DNA of 64,000 nt, taken from the NCBI GenBank assembly GCA_045106895.1, contig JBGCFM010000054.1, positions 1 to 64,000 of the forward strand, given 5' to 3'. The notes beneath the pieces are model-generated. The model did not search any database and had not been told where the DNA came from. It saw nothing but the letters and a program-made list of their open reading frames with translations. Both the position numbers and the translations under genes were made by a program. The stretch is from Polyangiales bacterium (GTDB taxonomy: Bacteria; Myxococcota_A; Polyangia; Polyangiales; Houyiibacteriaceae). Below, one piece after another: positions 28,675 through 37,853 of this stretch (within the stretch, counting starts at the first letter, position 1; each line of letters starts with the position of its first letter).

Positions 28675-30156
28675 GTGTCCCTTGAGCTGCTGACACTCTT
28701 TGGGGCTGGGTTTTACGGACTAACGAGCGTCTACTCGACGCTCTTTTGGCTCCGAAATCGAGATGGGCGCCAACGCGTGTCTTTCGCGGGCGTCTGCCTG
28801 GGACTCTGCCTCCTCTCGGTGGCGAACCTGCTCATCCTTAGCTCCGAATATGACCGCTTGGGTACGCGGATGGCGCACGTTGCATTGGCTGTGGCGTCCG
28901 CGAGTTTCGTCGACTTTATGTCCACGGTGTCGGTTCAGCCCCGCTGGGTAACTCGGGGTGCGTATGCCTGCTCGTTCGGCGTCTTAGGGCTTCTGGTCGT
29001 CGGGCAGATGGTCTCACCGGAACCCGTCAATGCGTTGGTGCGCATCGGGGCGGGTCCGATGACCGTTCCTTTTGGGACGACGGCGGCAGGAAAACTCGTG
29101 AGCGGGACAGCGGCCGTGTTTTCGCTGGTCGCGTGCGGCCTTGCGATGCGGCAAGCGCGCGTCCTTCGGCGTCGTGAAGACGGGCGTCTCCGAGAGGCTC
29201 AGGTGTTCGCGCTAACGCTGGTTCCAACGACGCTCATCGTGGCCCACGACGCCCTGTGCATGCTCGAGGTCGTCGAGTCGAGTCTCTGGATGCCCATCGG
29301 GGCGTTGCCGATGTCCTTCACGATTCTCACGATCTTCGTGCGTCGGATGATTCGTATCTCCACGAAACTGATGGAGCGCACGGAGGCTCTCCACAAGATG
29401 CGCCACGAGCTACGCTCCACGCAGCGACGGCTGGTTCACCGGCAGCAGCTTGCGGCGGTGGGCGAACTCTCGGCGGTGATCGCCCACGAGGTTCGTAATC
29501 CCTTGGCGGTGATCAAGAACGCCGTCGCCGGGCTTCGGCGACAAGCCTTGCGCGAGGAGGACCGAGCGACGTTGCTCGGGATTCTGGGCGAAGAGACGCA
29601 GAGGCTGACGCGGCTCATGCACGACCTTCTTGCGTACGCTCGACCGGTGACGCCACGCCGGCGCCCCCTTGATGCACGTTCACTGCTGGAGCGGGTCGTG
29701 TCCCGAGCTGTCACGGACGAAACAGAGATCCACTACGTGTTGGATGAAGACCAGACGATCCATGGCGACCCGGAGTTGCTGCGCCACGCATTCGTGAACA
29801 TCGTTGAGAACGCGGTACAGGCGATGCCCGACGGTGGCGCGCTGAATCTGCGGGTTTTGGACGAGACCCTCGACCTGGGTGCTGGAGCCGAGCCTTGTGT
29901 CCGCGTCTCCTTTCAAGATACAGGGCACGGCATGGGCCATGACGTCCTGAGCAAGGCCCCTTCGCCTTTCTACACCACGCGTCCAAGCGGAACGGGCCTC
30001 GGCCTCGCGATCGTGGAGCGCGTTCTTCATAGCCACGGTGGGCTGCTGTCCATCGAGAGCATCGACGGGGTCGGCACATCCGTTCATTGCATTTTGCCTC
30101 GCGTTCACCGGCGTTCGTCGGGGCCCGAGGCTCCTTTTCGCGCGAGGGTGACATGA
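28675..30156 (+). CDS. Multi-TM sensor histidine kinase (intact)
   Basis: About 7 TM segments; H-box SAVIAHEVRNPL; N-box NIVENAVQAM; G1 DTGHGM; G2 FYTTRPSGTGLGL. Confidence 0.92.
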   Translation: MSLELLTLFGAGFYGLTSVYSTLFWLRNRDGRQRVSFAGVCLGLCLLSVANLLILSSEYDRLGTRMAHVALAVASASFVDFMSTVSVQPRWVTRGAYACSFGVLGLLVVGQMVSPEPVNALVRIGAGPMTVPFGTTAAGKLVSGTAAVFSLVACGLAMRQARVLRRREDGRLREAQVFALTLVPTTLIVAHDALCMLEVVESSLWMPIGALPMSFTILTIFVRRMIRISTKLMERTEALHKMRHELRSTQRRLVHRQQLAAVGELSAVIAHEVRNPLAVIKNAVAGLRRQALREEDRATLLGILGEETQRLTRLMHDLLAYARPVTPRRRPLDARSLLERVVSRAVTDETEIHYVLDEDQTIHGDPELLRHAFVNIVENAVQAMPDGGALNLRVLDETLDLGAGAEPCVRVSFQDTGHGMGHDVLSKAPSPFYTTRPSGTGLGLAIVERVLHSHGGLLSIESIDGVGTSVHCILPRVHRRSSGPEAPFRARVT

Positions 30157-31589
30157 GCGCGAATACCGCACTCGTTTACACCTGGGCGTTCCTGCATTTG
30201 GCGGCGGTGCCTCTACTGCTCTTCATCCACCGCCACACGCAGCGCAGGGAAGAGTTGGTGTTTGCCTGGCTCCATGCCGCCGCCGGCATGTATGCGCTGT
30301 TTGGCGGACTCATCGCGAGCGCCCCGACCGCCGCCGCCGGCGAACCCTTTTTTCGCATGCAGGTCATGGTGGGCATGGTGCTCATTTGCATCTTGCTCAA
30401 GTTTGGGCACTTGGCGATGCGCTTGCCGTGGCGAATCCCCGAGTCCAGCTATGTCTTGGGGCTCATGTTCGCCCTCGTCATCATCGCCACGGGGGTCCTC
30501 ACGGATCCGGGCGACGCGACATCCACGGCGGTGCACTGGTACGGCGGTCCCATTCGTTCGTTGCCTCCTACGCCGGCTCTCTTGGTGCTCTCTCTCGTTG
30601 GCTTTGGTGTCACAGTCTATTTGGCGCTCACTTTCTTCCAGCACGCACAGAGCGTCGAGGCGTGGACGCTCAGCTCTGCGGTTGCCCTGGTGCTTGGTGG
30701 GTGGGTGGCGGACCTCGCTCTGCGCACCTTCGAGTACGGAGCGTTCGTGTCAGACCACACGACGAGCCTCGCGGTTATGGTCCTTGGGTACGTTGTCCTC
30801 AATCGTTTCGTGGAGCAGACCCGCGCATTGCGTGCTCGCACCAAGGAGCTCGACCGGCAGAACAGCGAGTATGAACTGCTTCAGGAGCAGCTCGTTCATC
30901 GCGAGCAGCTCGCCACGGTGGGCGAGCTTTCCGCTGTGATCGCGCAGGAGGTCCGCGCACCCCTCACGGCGATTCGCCACGCCGTCGAGGGACTACGAAG
31001 TCCGGAGCTGCCGGCGGAAGAGCGGGACGTGCTGCTCTTGAGCCTGGACGGCGAAAACGACCGACTCAATCGTCTCGTGCGGGATCTGCTCGTGTACGCA
31101 AAGCCCGTCGAGCCGCAGTTCGAAGCGATGGTCCTTTTTGATGTGCTCGAAGAGGCCCTCAACAAGCAGGACCTCGACCCACGAGTTCAGGTTCGAATGC
31201 AGCTCGAAGCGGCGCCCGACCTGGTGGAAGGTGACCCGCGTCTGTTGAGCTTGGCGTTTTCTCAGATCGCGAGCAATGCCATCGAAGCTATGCCTGGTGG
31301 TGGTGAGCTGACCGTCCGTGGCGAACTCGCGCGCCTTGGTGATGACCCGGCTTTGGCGATTCGATTCTCCGACACAGGCGAAGGCATGGACACTTTGGTG
31401 AGGTCGCGCGCGCGAGACCCGTTCTTCACGACGCGTTCGTCCTCCACCGGTCTGGGGCTGGCGATCGTCGAACGACTCGTGGGTCTCCACGGTGGTCAGC
31501 TCGAGTTCGCCAACGATGATGTCCATGGAACCACCGTTTCAGTCCTCTTGCCCGCGCGGCCACGCGCGCGCCTCACGAGCGACGACTAG
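30153..31589 (+). CDS. Multi-TM histidine-kinase paralog lacking the phosphoacceptor His (pseudokinase)
   Basis: H-box reads SAVIAQEVRAPL (CAG at 30945-30947). HATPase motifs SNAIEAM, DTGEGM and FFTTRSSSTGLGL are present. ATGA overlap with the upstream kinase. Confidence 0.88.
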   Translation: MSANTALVYTWAFLHLAAVPLLLFIHRHTQRREELVFAWLHAAAGMYALFGGLIASAPTAAAGEPFFRMQVMVGMVLICILLKFGHLAMRLPWRIPESSYVLGLMFALVIIATGVLTDPGDATSTAVHWYGGPIRSLPPTPALLVLSLVGFGVTVYLALTFFQHAQSVEAWTLSSAVALVLGGWVADLALRTFEYGAFVSDHTTSLAVMVLGYVVLNRFVEQTRALRARTKELDRQNSEYELLQEQLVHREQLATVGELSAVIAQEVRAPLTAIRHAVEGLRSPELPAEERDVLLLSLDGENDRLNRLVRDLLVYAKPVEPQFEAMVLFDVLEEALNKQDLDPRVQVRMQLEAAPDLVEGDPRLLSLAFSQIASNAIEAMPGGGELTVRGELARLGDDPALAIRFSDTGEGMDTLVRSRARDPFFTTRSSSTGLGLAIVERLVGLHGGQLEFANDDVHGTTVSVLLPARPRARLTSDD

Positions 31590-31610
31590 GCGAATAAGGC
31601 CGCTTCCGCG

Positions 31611-34600
31611 CTAGCGCGGAGGGGTGATGACGCGACTCTGGCCGGCGCGAACAAACACGTAGCGAACGTTCTGAGAGCCTTCGGAATCGAAGGCTAGCTC
31701 GTAGCGTCCCTCGGGGAGGGCGACCTGAAGCGGCGGCGAGCCGAGGAAGCGAGGCGACTCCCCGCCCAAGCGCACACGGACCTCCGTGGCGCCCTCCTGA
31801 ACGACCAATAAACCCTCGTTGGCTTCGATCTCCGTGCCGGCGGGCAACTCCGATTCCGCCCCATACGCGAAGGGAGAGTCCGTCCGCCGAGGCTGAAGTT
31901 GCGTCGGTGTCGCTGGCTCGGCCGGCGGTTCCGTAGGCTCCGGTTCAGCAGGCTCCGGTTCCGTAGGTTCCGCGGGCGACTCCGTTTGAGCGGGCTCTTC
32001 GTTGGTGCTCGTCGTGGCGGTTTCGTCCACACCGTCTCGGTTGCGTATTGCCCAGCAGCTGCCTGCCCCGATGGTAAAACAGAGGCCGAGGATCAGAAAG
32101 AAGCGACTGGGAGGGCGCTCTTCTGCGGCGGGCGCAGGCGGCATCGAAGAGTGAGCTTTGAGCCGCTCTCGAAGCGCTTCCTCCGACTTCTCTCGGCGAA
32201 GACGGGAGCCCGGCTCGGTTTCTGAATCGGAGTCCCAATCGTTCGGGTCGGATCGGCGCCCTTGATTCTCGTCGTCGTCCAACGCGGACTCCCACGCCGC
32301 GAGTTGGGCCGGCGTCATGTCGCTGTCGTCACCCGCCTGGTCGTCGTCGTCGGTATCCTCGTCGTCGTCGGTATCCTCATCGTCGGTATCGTCGTCGTCG
32401 TCGTCGTCGTCGGCGGCGGAGGCCACCTCTCCCTCGTGCTCGTCCCCTTCGGTGGCGACTTTGTCGTCCGCTCCAGATTCCGCGCCAACGAGGCGTTTCT
32501 TGTCCAGGGCCTCCAGCTCTGCTCGGGCGGCGACGATCAGGTCTTCACCCCCAGGGCCCCGCAGTTCGACAACGGCACCGCGCTTGCCAAGTATGACGAG
32601 CGCTTCACGAATGCCCTCGGTGTCGGCCGCGACCACTCTCGGGGTGACTCCCGTTCGAATGCGCCGAACTCCCGCGGCGACATCGCTGGGAAGTTCCGAG
32701 AGGAAGGGGGCGAGGAAGTCGTCGTCGAATCGAACGACCTCGACGGCGTTGAGGCGGTTGGTGCTGAGAACTCGTGCGACGGCACGCAGTTGGGCGCTTG
32801 CGCTGTCGAGGGCGTCGCCGCCGTCTCGGACGCTGTTTCGGGAAGGTCGTGCGTGGCCGGGGTGGATGACGTAGCGGCCGTGGGCGACGCCCAGCATCTG
32901 CATCAGCGCAGATTGGCCGCGGCGAAAGCTCCCGTCATCCGCGGTGCGTGTCACGTCGACAACCTGTCCGCCGCGGATGTCCGCCTCGAAGAGGTTGTGG
33001 GAGGCGAGCACGGTCAAGCGGCTATCCGGCTTTGCCTTCGCGACGCTGCGCAAAATAGGAAAAACACCCAAGCCTTCGACTCGGCCGCCGGCCTCGCGTT
33101 GAGCGTCGTCCATGGACGTGAGGCTCTCTTCGAGATGCATATGTGGGCGGAGCACCTCTTCGACGCGCGAGAGAATGACATGGCTCTCGGTCTCTTTGCG
33201 CAGGTAGCCTTTGGCGCCAGCCTTGAGCTCTTTTGCTCGTTCCAGGAAGTCGTCCTTCCAAGAGATAAGCACGACGGGCAGCTCCGCGAAGGCTGGGTCC
33301 TGCGCGAGGGCGCGGCAGAGTCCAAGGCCATCCCGCTTGGGCATGACGATGTCGCTGATCACGCCGTCGGGATGATGGGCACGTACGAGAGCGAGCGCCT
33401 CTTCGCCGTCCTGTGCTTCGTGAACCGTGGCGCCGGCCTCTTGGAGGACGTTCGAAAAGAACCAGAGCGTCGAAGGGTCGTCGTCCGCCACCACAAGCGT
33501 GCGCCCTTCGAGAGGGGTCGCCTGTTCGCCGAGAGGCGAAGCGACATGACCGGCGCTGGAGTCCATCGAAAGAAACACGGGGCCGCCCGCTTCGCGGTAG
33601 CGGACGCGTCCCGCGGACCGTTCGGCGATCTTCGCCCGGACTTCTTCTACAGCGGTCCAAGTCGCCGCGAGCAGCTCGCTCCCGTCACCGACGCTGAACG
33701 CTTCGTCGCTCGAAGCGGCGTCCACAATCCCGCGATGAAGCTCGTCGGCGAGTCGTGACGCGAGTTGCTCAAGGGTCGTGTCTCCGATGCGCTCCAGGGA
33801 AGGGGGGCGCCGCGTCACGGTACCGAGCGCCGCGATGCGGCGAGCGAGGACGGCATCGTTTCGTTCGATCTGAGTGTCCGCGCCGAGCTCAAGGAGCGTA
33901 CGCTCACCCATGGCATCGCCGCGCTCGTAGATGACCGCGATAGGAATGTCCGCCGTGAGCCTGCCGGAGCGAAGGCGCGTGATGAGCTCTGTCCCGTTCT
34001 GGGAAGCTTCTTCGCGTCCGACGAGGATAACGTCCGGGGACCGGCGTTTGGCGATGCGAAGCGCTTCGCTTGTGGACTCGGCACGCAGGACTTCACAGCG
34101 CAAAGGCATGACAGCGCGCTTGACCTGTTCGACGGCGCCGGCACTGTCGACAACAAGCAACGCCATGACGCCGCGCGACGCCTCCGGCGGAGGAAAGGAA
34201 GTGCCTTCGAGCTGGAGTGCCGGAAAACTACGCGAGGTGTCCTTGCGACGTCGCGCCGTGTCCTTTCGGCGCGGAGGAAGCGAAGTTGACTTTGGCCCTG
34301 TGGGGAGCGGGCCCACCTGAGACTCTGTGCGCTGCCCAAGAGTGGGCATGACCGCGATGAGATTGGTTATCGACTCAAGCTCGTCATCGCCGACGTCCCG
34401 GGCTTCCTCCTCGGACTGCTCGAGGGCTTCAACGCGTTCGCGCAGCGCGTCAGCGAGCATGGCTAGGCGAAACACCTGCGCCGAGGAGTGCAGCGAGCGA
34501 AGACGCCGGAGCAGTTCTTCGCGTGGACGATCCGCGCCGGGGGCGGCGGTCACCAGTGCGAGAGCTCCGCGGAGCTCCCGTGCACGGTCAGGTAAGCCCT

Positions 34601-34646
34601 CTACGAAGCGATCGCGAGCTTCCCCGAGCGCCGTTCCCTTGGTCAT
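31611..34646 (-). CDS. Membrane-anchored multidomain response regulator (Hpt-like, pseudo-REC, REC, acidic linker, TM, PEGA-like C-domain)
   Basis: REC2 VVADDD..GVISDIVMP..ISW..GYLRK is intact. REC1 has VILVG in place of the acceptor Asp. TM FFLILGLCFTIGAGSCWAI; C-terminal LGSPPLQVALPEGRYEL. Confidence 0.8.
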   Translation of the reverse strand: MTKGTALGEARDRFVEGLPDRARELRGALALVTAAPGADRPREELLRRLRSLHSSAQVFRLAMLADALRERVEALEQSEEEARDVGDDELESITNLIAVMPTLGQRTESQVGPLPTGPKSTSLPPRRKDTARRRKDTSRSFPALQLEGTSFPPPEASRGVMALLVVDSAGAVEQVKRAVMPLRCEVLRAESTSEALRIAKRRSPDVILVGREEASQNGTELITRLRSGRLTADIPIAVIYERGDAMGERTLLELGADTQIERNDAVLARRIAALGTVTRRPPSLERIGDTTLEQLASRLADELHRGIVDAASSDEAFSVGDGSELLAATWTAVEEVRAKIAERSAGRVRYREAGGPVFLSMDSSAGHVASPLGEQATPLEGRTLVVADDDPSTLWFFSNVLQEAGATVHEAQDGEEALALVRAHHPDGVISDIVMPKRDGLGLCRALAQDPAFAELPVVLISWKDDFLERAKELKAGAKGYLRKETESHVILSRVEEVLRPHMHLEESLTSMDDAQREAGGRVEGLGVFPILRSVAKAKPDSRLTVLASHNLFEADIRGGQVVDVTRTADDGSFRRGQSALMQMLGVAHGRYVIHPGHARPSRNSVRDGGDALDSASAQLRAVARVLSTNRLNAVEVVRFDDDFLAPFLSELPSDVAAGVRRIRTGVTPRVVAADTEGIREALVILGKRGAVVELRGPGGEDLIVAARAELEALDKKRLVGAESGADDKVATEGDEHEGEVASAADDDDDDDDTDDEDTDDDEDTDDDDQAGDDSDMTPAQLAAWESALDDDENQGRRSDPNDWDSDSETEPGSRLRREKSEEALRERLKAHSSMPPAPAAEERPPSRFFLILGLCFTIGAGSCWAIRNRDGVDETATTSTNEEPAQTESPAEPTEPEPAEPEPTEPPAEPATPTQLQPRRTDSPFAYGAESELPAGTEIEANEGLLVVQEGATEVRVRLGGESPRFLGSPPLQVALPEGRYELAFDSEGSQNVRYVFVRAGQSRVITPPR
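32341..32412 (-). repeat. (GAC)n-rich poly-Asp / DDDEDT repeat tract
   Basis: (TCG)n runs interrupted by GTATC(CTC) on the + strand; encodes DDDDDDDDTDDEDTDDDEDTDDDD. Confidence 0.85.
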
Positions 34647-34735
34647 TCGGCGACTATAGCCGCCCTTTCGGGTGCGGGGACTTCTTTCTTATTCCTCGCT
34701 CACGGGTCAGCCCGACGAGGCCCGGCGAGGACGGG

Positions 34736-36190
34736 TCAGTGCCAAGTGCCGAGGCTCACGCCGTAGTTGATGTAGCGGGCGGCGCCGTCGATGTAGGCTG
34801 TCAGGCGCCACTCCACGCCGAGAAAGCGGAAAAGGTGAAGGTCGAAGCCCGCGGTGCCATGGACGCGGGAACGAACGCCTTCGTAGCGCGCCGGCTCCAA
34901 GTAGGAGCCGAAGCGAATCTTGAGATGATTGGGCCAGATCTCCGTCTCCGCCCCGACGCGTAGGCCAACAGAAATGTCCGCGCCGCGGGTGTGCCGAACC
35001 TGCCGCACGAAGGCATCGACGCCTACGCCGTTCTGCATTCGACCAAGAACGACGAGGTCCGCGCTCAGGAGAAAGAAGCGACGGGGTCGCGACTCATAGA
35101 TCGCGCGCCACAGGTCGTGGAACTCTTCCTGCCGCCGTTGAGCTTCCACGTTCAGCTCCGCGCGTTCGATTTCGCGCCGCCGGTTTTCCGCGGCCCACCA
35201 CGAAGCGGCCTGGGGCCGCCCTGCGGTGCCACATCGCCCGTTTCCCGGGAGCGGCACCGCCCCGGTCTCCGCCACACGCTGGGCTCGCTCACGTTCGCAC
35301 CATCGTCGACGGAGGCGAGCCATGAGTCCACGTCGGACGTTCTTCTCCCGGAGATGCCGGGGGTTGAAGGGGCGTTCGAACCACTGCCAGGCAAAGCCGC
35401 CGCTGAACTCCCAAGGCGTACCGGCGGAGCGCGGAAGCCAGGTGCCCCCGACCTGAGCGACCTCCTCGCTTGCGACGGTCGCGCTGACGGGGCTGCGAAT
35501 GGCCGCCCCGACGCGCCAGCGACGCTCCGCCGGGCGAATGATGGCGCCGATCTCGACGCTGGTGCCCGTGAAACTCACGAGAGGGATCTCGTTCTCGACG
35601 AGATCGAAAGCCAGGATGCGAAGGCCGGCGCCGACGACGAGTTGGCCGTCGAGGAAGGCGTAGCCGGCGCCAAGGCGAGTGGTGGTGACGTCGATGCTCG
35701 TGGGGCTGCTTCGTAGACGGTAATTCTGAATGGAAGTAGAGGCGCCAAAACCCAGGTCGCCCAGTTGCAGACGCCCCGAGAGGTCGACGGCGGAGAAGTC
35801 GTCGACGCCGAGAGCGCTCTCGCGGCCGTTCAGAAAGTAGTCCGTGCGTGCGTAGGCACCTGGGAACTGGAGGCTGAACCCGAGCTCAAATTCCCACCAA
35901 TCACGCTCCCACGACGTGCGTGCGGCGTACCCCGCGGGGTTGTAGGGAACGCTATCCACTCCCTCGGCGAGGGCCGTGGAGGCGCCTGCCATCCCGATAA
36001 TACGGCTGGATCCAAGGGCAGGGGTCGCGATGAGATCGACCTGGAAATTGTTGTCGGTGATCGCCTCTTGGGCGGCCGTTGGCCCAGCGATAAGCGTCAA
36101 AAGCGCGACAGGTAGCCACCAGAGGCGCCATTGCTGGCGCTCGCCGCCGCGCTCCCGGCGCGCGCTCCTCTTCGTGGGTACCCCTACCAT
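34736..36190 (-). CDS. Putative outer-membrane beta-barrel protein (FadL/PorV-like N-terminal motif)
   Basis: Signal peptide; SSRIIGMAGASTALAEG..NPAG; alternating beta-strand pattern; ends GVSLGTWH. Confidence 0.6.
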   Translation of the reverse strand: MVGVPTKRSARRERGGERQQWRLWWLPVALLTLIAGPTAAQEAITDNNFQVDLIATPALGSSRIIGMAGASTALAEGVDSVPYNPAGYAARTSWERDWWEFELGFSLQFPGAYARTDYFLNGRESALGVDDFSAVDLSGRLQLGDLGFGASTSIQNYRLRSSPTSIDVTTTRLGAGYAFLDGQLVVGAGLRILAFDLVENEIPLVSFTGTSVEIGAIIRPAERRWRVGAAIRSPVSATVASEEVAQVGGTWLPRSAGTPWEFSGGFAWQWFERPFNPRHLREKNVRRGLMARLRRRWCERERAQRVAETGAVPLPGNGRCGTAGRPQAASWWAAENRRREIERAELNVEAQRRQEEFHDLWRAIYESRPRRFFLLSADLVVLGRMQNGVGVDAFVRQVRHTRGADISVGLRVGAETEIWPNHLKIRFGSYLEPARYEGVRSRVHGTAGFDLHLFRFLGVEWRLTAYIDGAARYINYGVSLGTWH

Positions 36191-36269
36191 CGAGCCTTGC
36201 AGCTTAGACGTGTTCGCCGCCGATGCCAGGTTCCGTGCTAACGCCCGTCCCTTCTGCTAGGTGCACGCC

Positions 36270-37364
36270 ATGCAGTTCGTCGATGAAGTCACTATCGAAG
36301 TGTTTGGTGGCAACGGCGGCAAAGGCTGCATGGCTTTCCGCCGCGAAAAGTACCGTCCTATGGGCGGTCCCTCCGGTGGGGACGGTGGGGACGGCGGCGA
36401 CGTCATCCTCCATGCCCACGACCGCTTGGCCACATTGATGGACCTGCGCTACCGCCGTCGATTCAAAGCCGAAGACGGCGAGGCAGGTCGCGGCAAGGAC
36501 CAATATGGAGCCAACGGCAAGGACGCCGTGGTGCTCGTTCCGGTTGGAACCCAGGTCTTCGACGAGGAGACCGGCGACCTCATCGCGGACCTCGACAGCC
36601 ATGACCAACGAATCGTCATCGCGAAGGGAGGCGAGGGCGGCAATGGCAATATCAAGTACAGCAGCTCCTTCGACCGCGCACCGCGTCAGGCGGACGACGG
36701 CACGCCCGGCGAGACGCTGAAACTTCGCCTCGAGCTGAAGCTCATGGCGGACGTTGCTCTCGTCGGCTTCCCGAACGTCGGTAAGAGCACGTTCATCGCT
36801 AAGGTCTCGCGCGCGACGCCAAAGATCGCGGACTACCCCTTCACGACCCTCGTGCCAAACCTGGGCGTCGTCTCTCTCGGTGACGAGCGTAGCTTCGTCG
36901 TCGCCGACATCCCCGGGATCATCGAAGGCGCCTCCGAAGGCGCGGGTCTTGGTCTTCGTTTTTTGCGACATGCCGAACGCAACCGCGTGCTCTTTCACGT
37001 CCTCACCGTGGACCACGACCCCGAGCGTTCCCCTCTCGGTGATTTCGATCGACTCCTCGTCGAACTCCAGGAGTACAGCCCGCTCCTTGCGGAGCGCCCC
37101 ATGCTTGTCGGTCTCGCAAAGACAGACTTACCGGAGGTTCGCGAGATCGAGGAGGAGCTCCGCGCGGCTCTCAAGGAGCGCGGACACGAGCTGCACTCGT
37201 TTAGCGCGGCGACGGGTGAAGGAATCCCCGAAGCGCTGGAGGCGCTCGAGCGCGCTCTCGAAGCGAATCCCCGAGAAGCCATGCCGAAGCCCGAGGTTCG
37301 CCTCCGCGCGGCGGACCGGCCCCATGGCAACGACAAGGGCTACGCAGAGCGCGAAGAATCCTAA
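36270..37364 (+). CDS. obgE: GTPase ObgE/CgtA
   Basis: FVDEVTIEVFGGNGG, FRREKY..GGP.GGDGG, GFPNVGKS, ADYPFTTLVPNLG and DIPGIIEGA. Confidence 0.97.
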   Translation: MQFVDEVTIEVFGGNGGKGCMAFRREKYRPMGGPSGGDGGDGGDVILHAHDRLATLMDLRYRRRFKAEDGEAGRGKDQYGANGKDAVVLVPVGTQVFDEETGDLIADLDSHDQRIVIAKGGEGGNGNIKYSSSFDRAPRQADDGTPGETLKLRLELKLMADVALVGFPNVGKSTFIAKVSRATPKIADYPFTTLVPNLGVVSLGDERSFVVADIPGIIEGASEGAGLGLRFLRHAERNRVLFHVLTVDHDPERSPLGDFDRLLVELQEYSPLLAERPMLVGLAKTDLPEVREIEEELRAALKERGHELHSFSAATGEGIPEALEALERALEANPREAMPKPEVRLRAADRPHGNDKGYAEREES

Positions 37365-37433
37365 GCTCCTCTCTCGGAGCGGCGTCCGGCCGCCGAGGTC
37401 GACAAGACGTCCGCCGTGGCTATGCTGAGCGCC

Positions 37434-37787
37434 ATGGCACGCAACTCACTCATTCTCGGTCTCCTCTCGATCCTCTTTGCAGGACTCGGGATCGTCATGT
37501 CTCTTGTGCCGGTCATGGGCGTGCTCTTTCGAATTGCGGCGCCAGCTCTTGGACTCGTCGGCATCATCATGGGTGGCAAGGCGCTCAAGTCGAGCGGCGA
37601 CGCAGGCGATAGTAACGGCGGTGCAATGGCGATTGGCGGCCTCGCCATGAGCATCCTCGGTTTCCTTGGTGGTCTCATCGTCTTCGTCGCGTGCAGCGCC
37701 GGATCATGCGCAGCCGGGGCCGTCGGTGACGCCATCGAGAACGCGCAGCAGCAGCAGCAGACCCAGCCTGTTGCTCCCGCTCAGTAG
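37434..37787 (+). CDS. Small membrane protein (DUF4190-like)
   Basis: SLILGLLSI..LGLVGIIMGGKAL..GAMAIGGLAMSILG; poly-Gln tail. Confidence 0.7.
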   Translation: MARNSLILGLLSILFAGLGIVMSLVPVMGVLFRIAAPALGLVGIIMGGKALKSSGDAGDSNGGAMAIGGLAMSILGFLGGLIVFVACSAGSCAAGAVGDAIENAQQQQQTQPVAPAQ

Positions 37788-37831
37788 AGCCCGCTCAGTA
37801 GAGCCCGCTCAGCGGCTCCGAACCCGCTCAG
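37776..37831 (+). repeat. Short tandem repeat: CCCGCTCAGTAGAG x2 plus two further CCCGCTCAG copies
   Basis: Copies start at 37776, 37790, 37804 and 37823; the first unit contains the gene's TAG stop. Confidence 0.9.
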
Positions 37832-37853
37832 AACTGCTGAGATGAAGTAGCGC

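Noticed and set aside
32262..33758. 498-aa + strand ORF and other long overlapping ORFs (e.g. 13367-14692, 20510-21724, 26350-27669, 45091-46149)
   Set aside because: Antisense shadows of well-supported genes, expected at this GC content.
37776..37831. Mini CRISPR-like array
   Set aside because: Units are 9-14 bp with no unique spacers and no cas genes.
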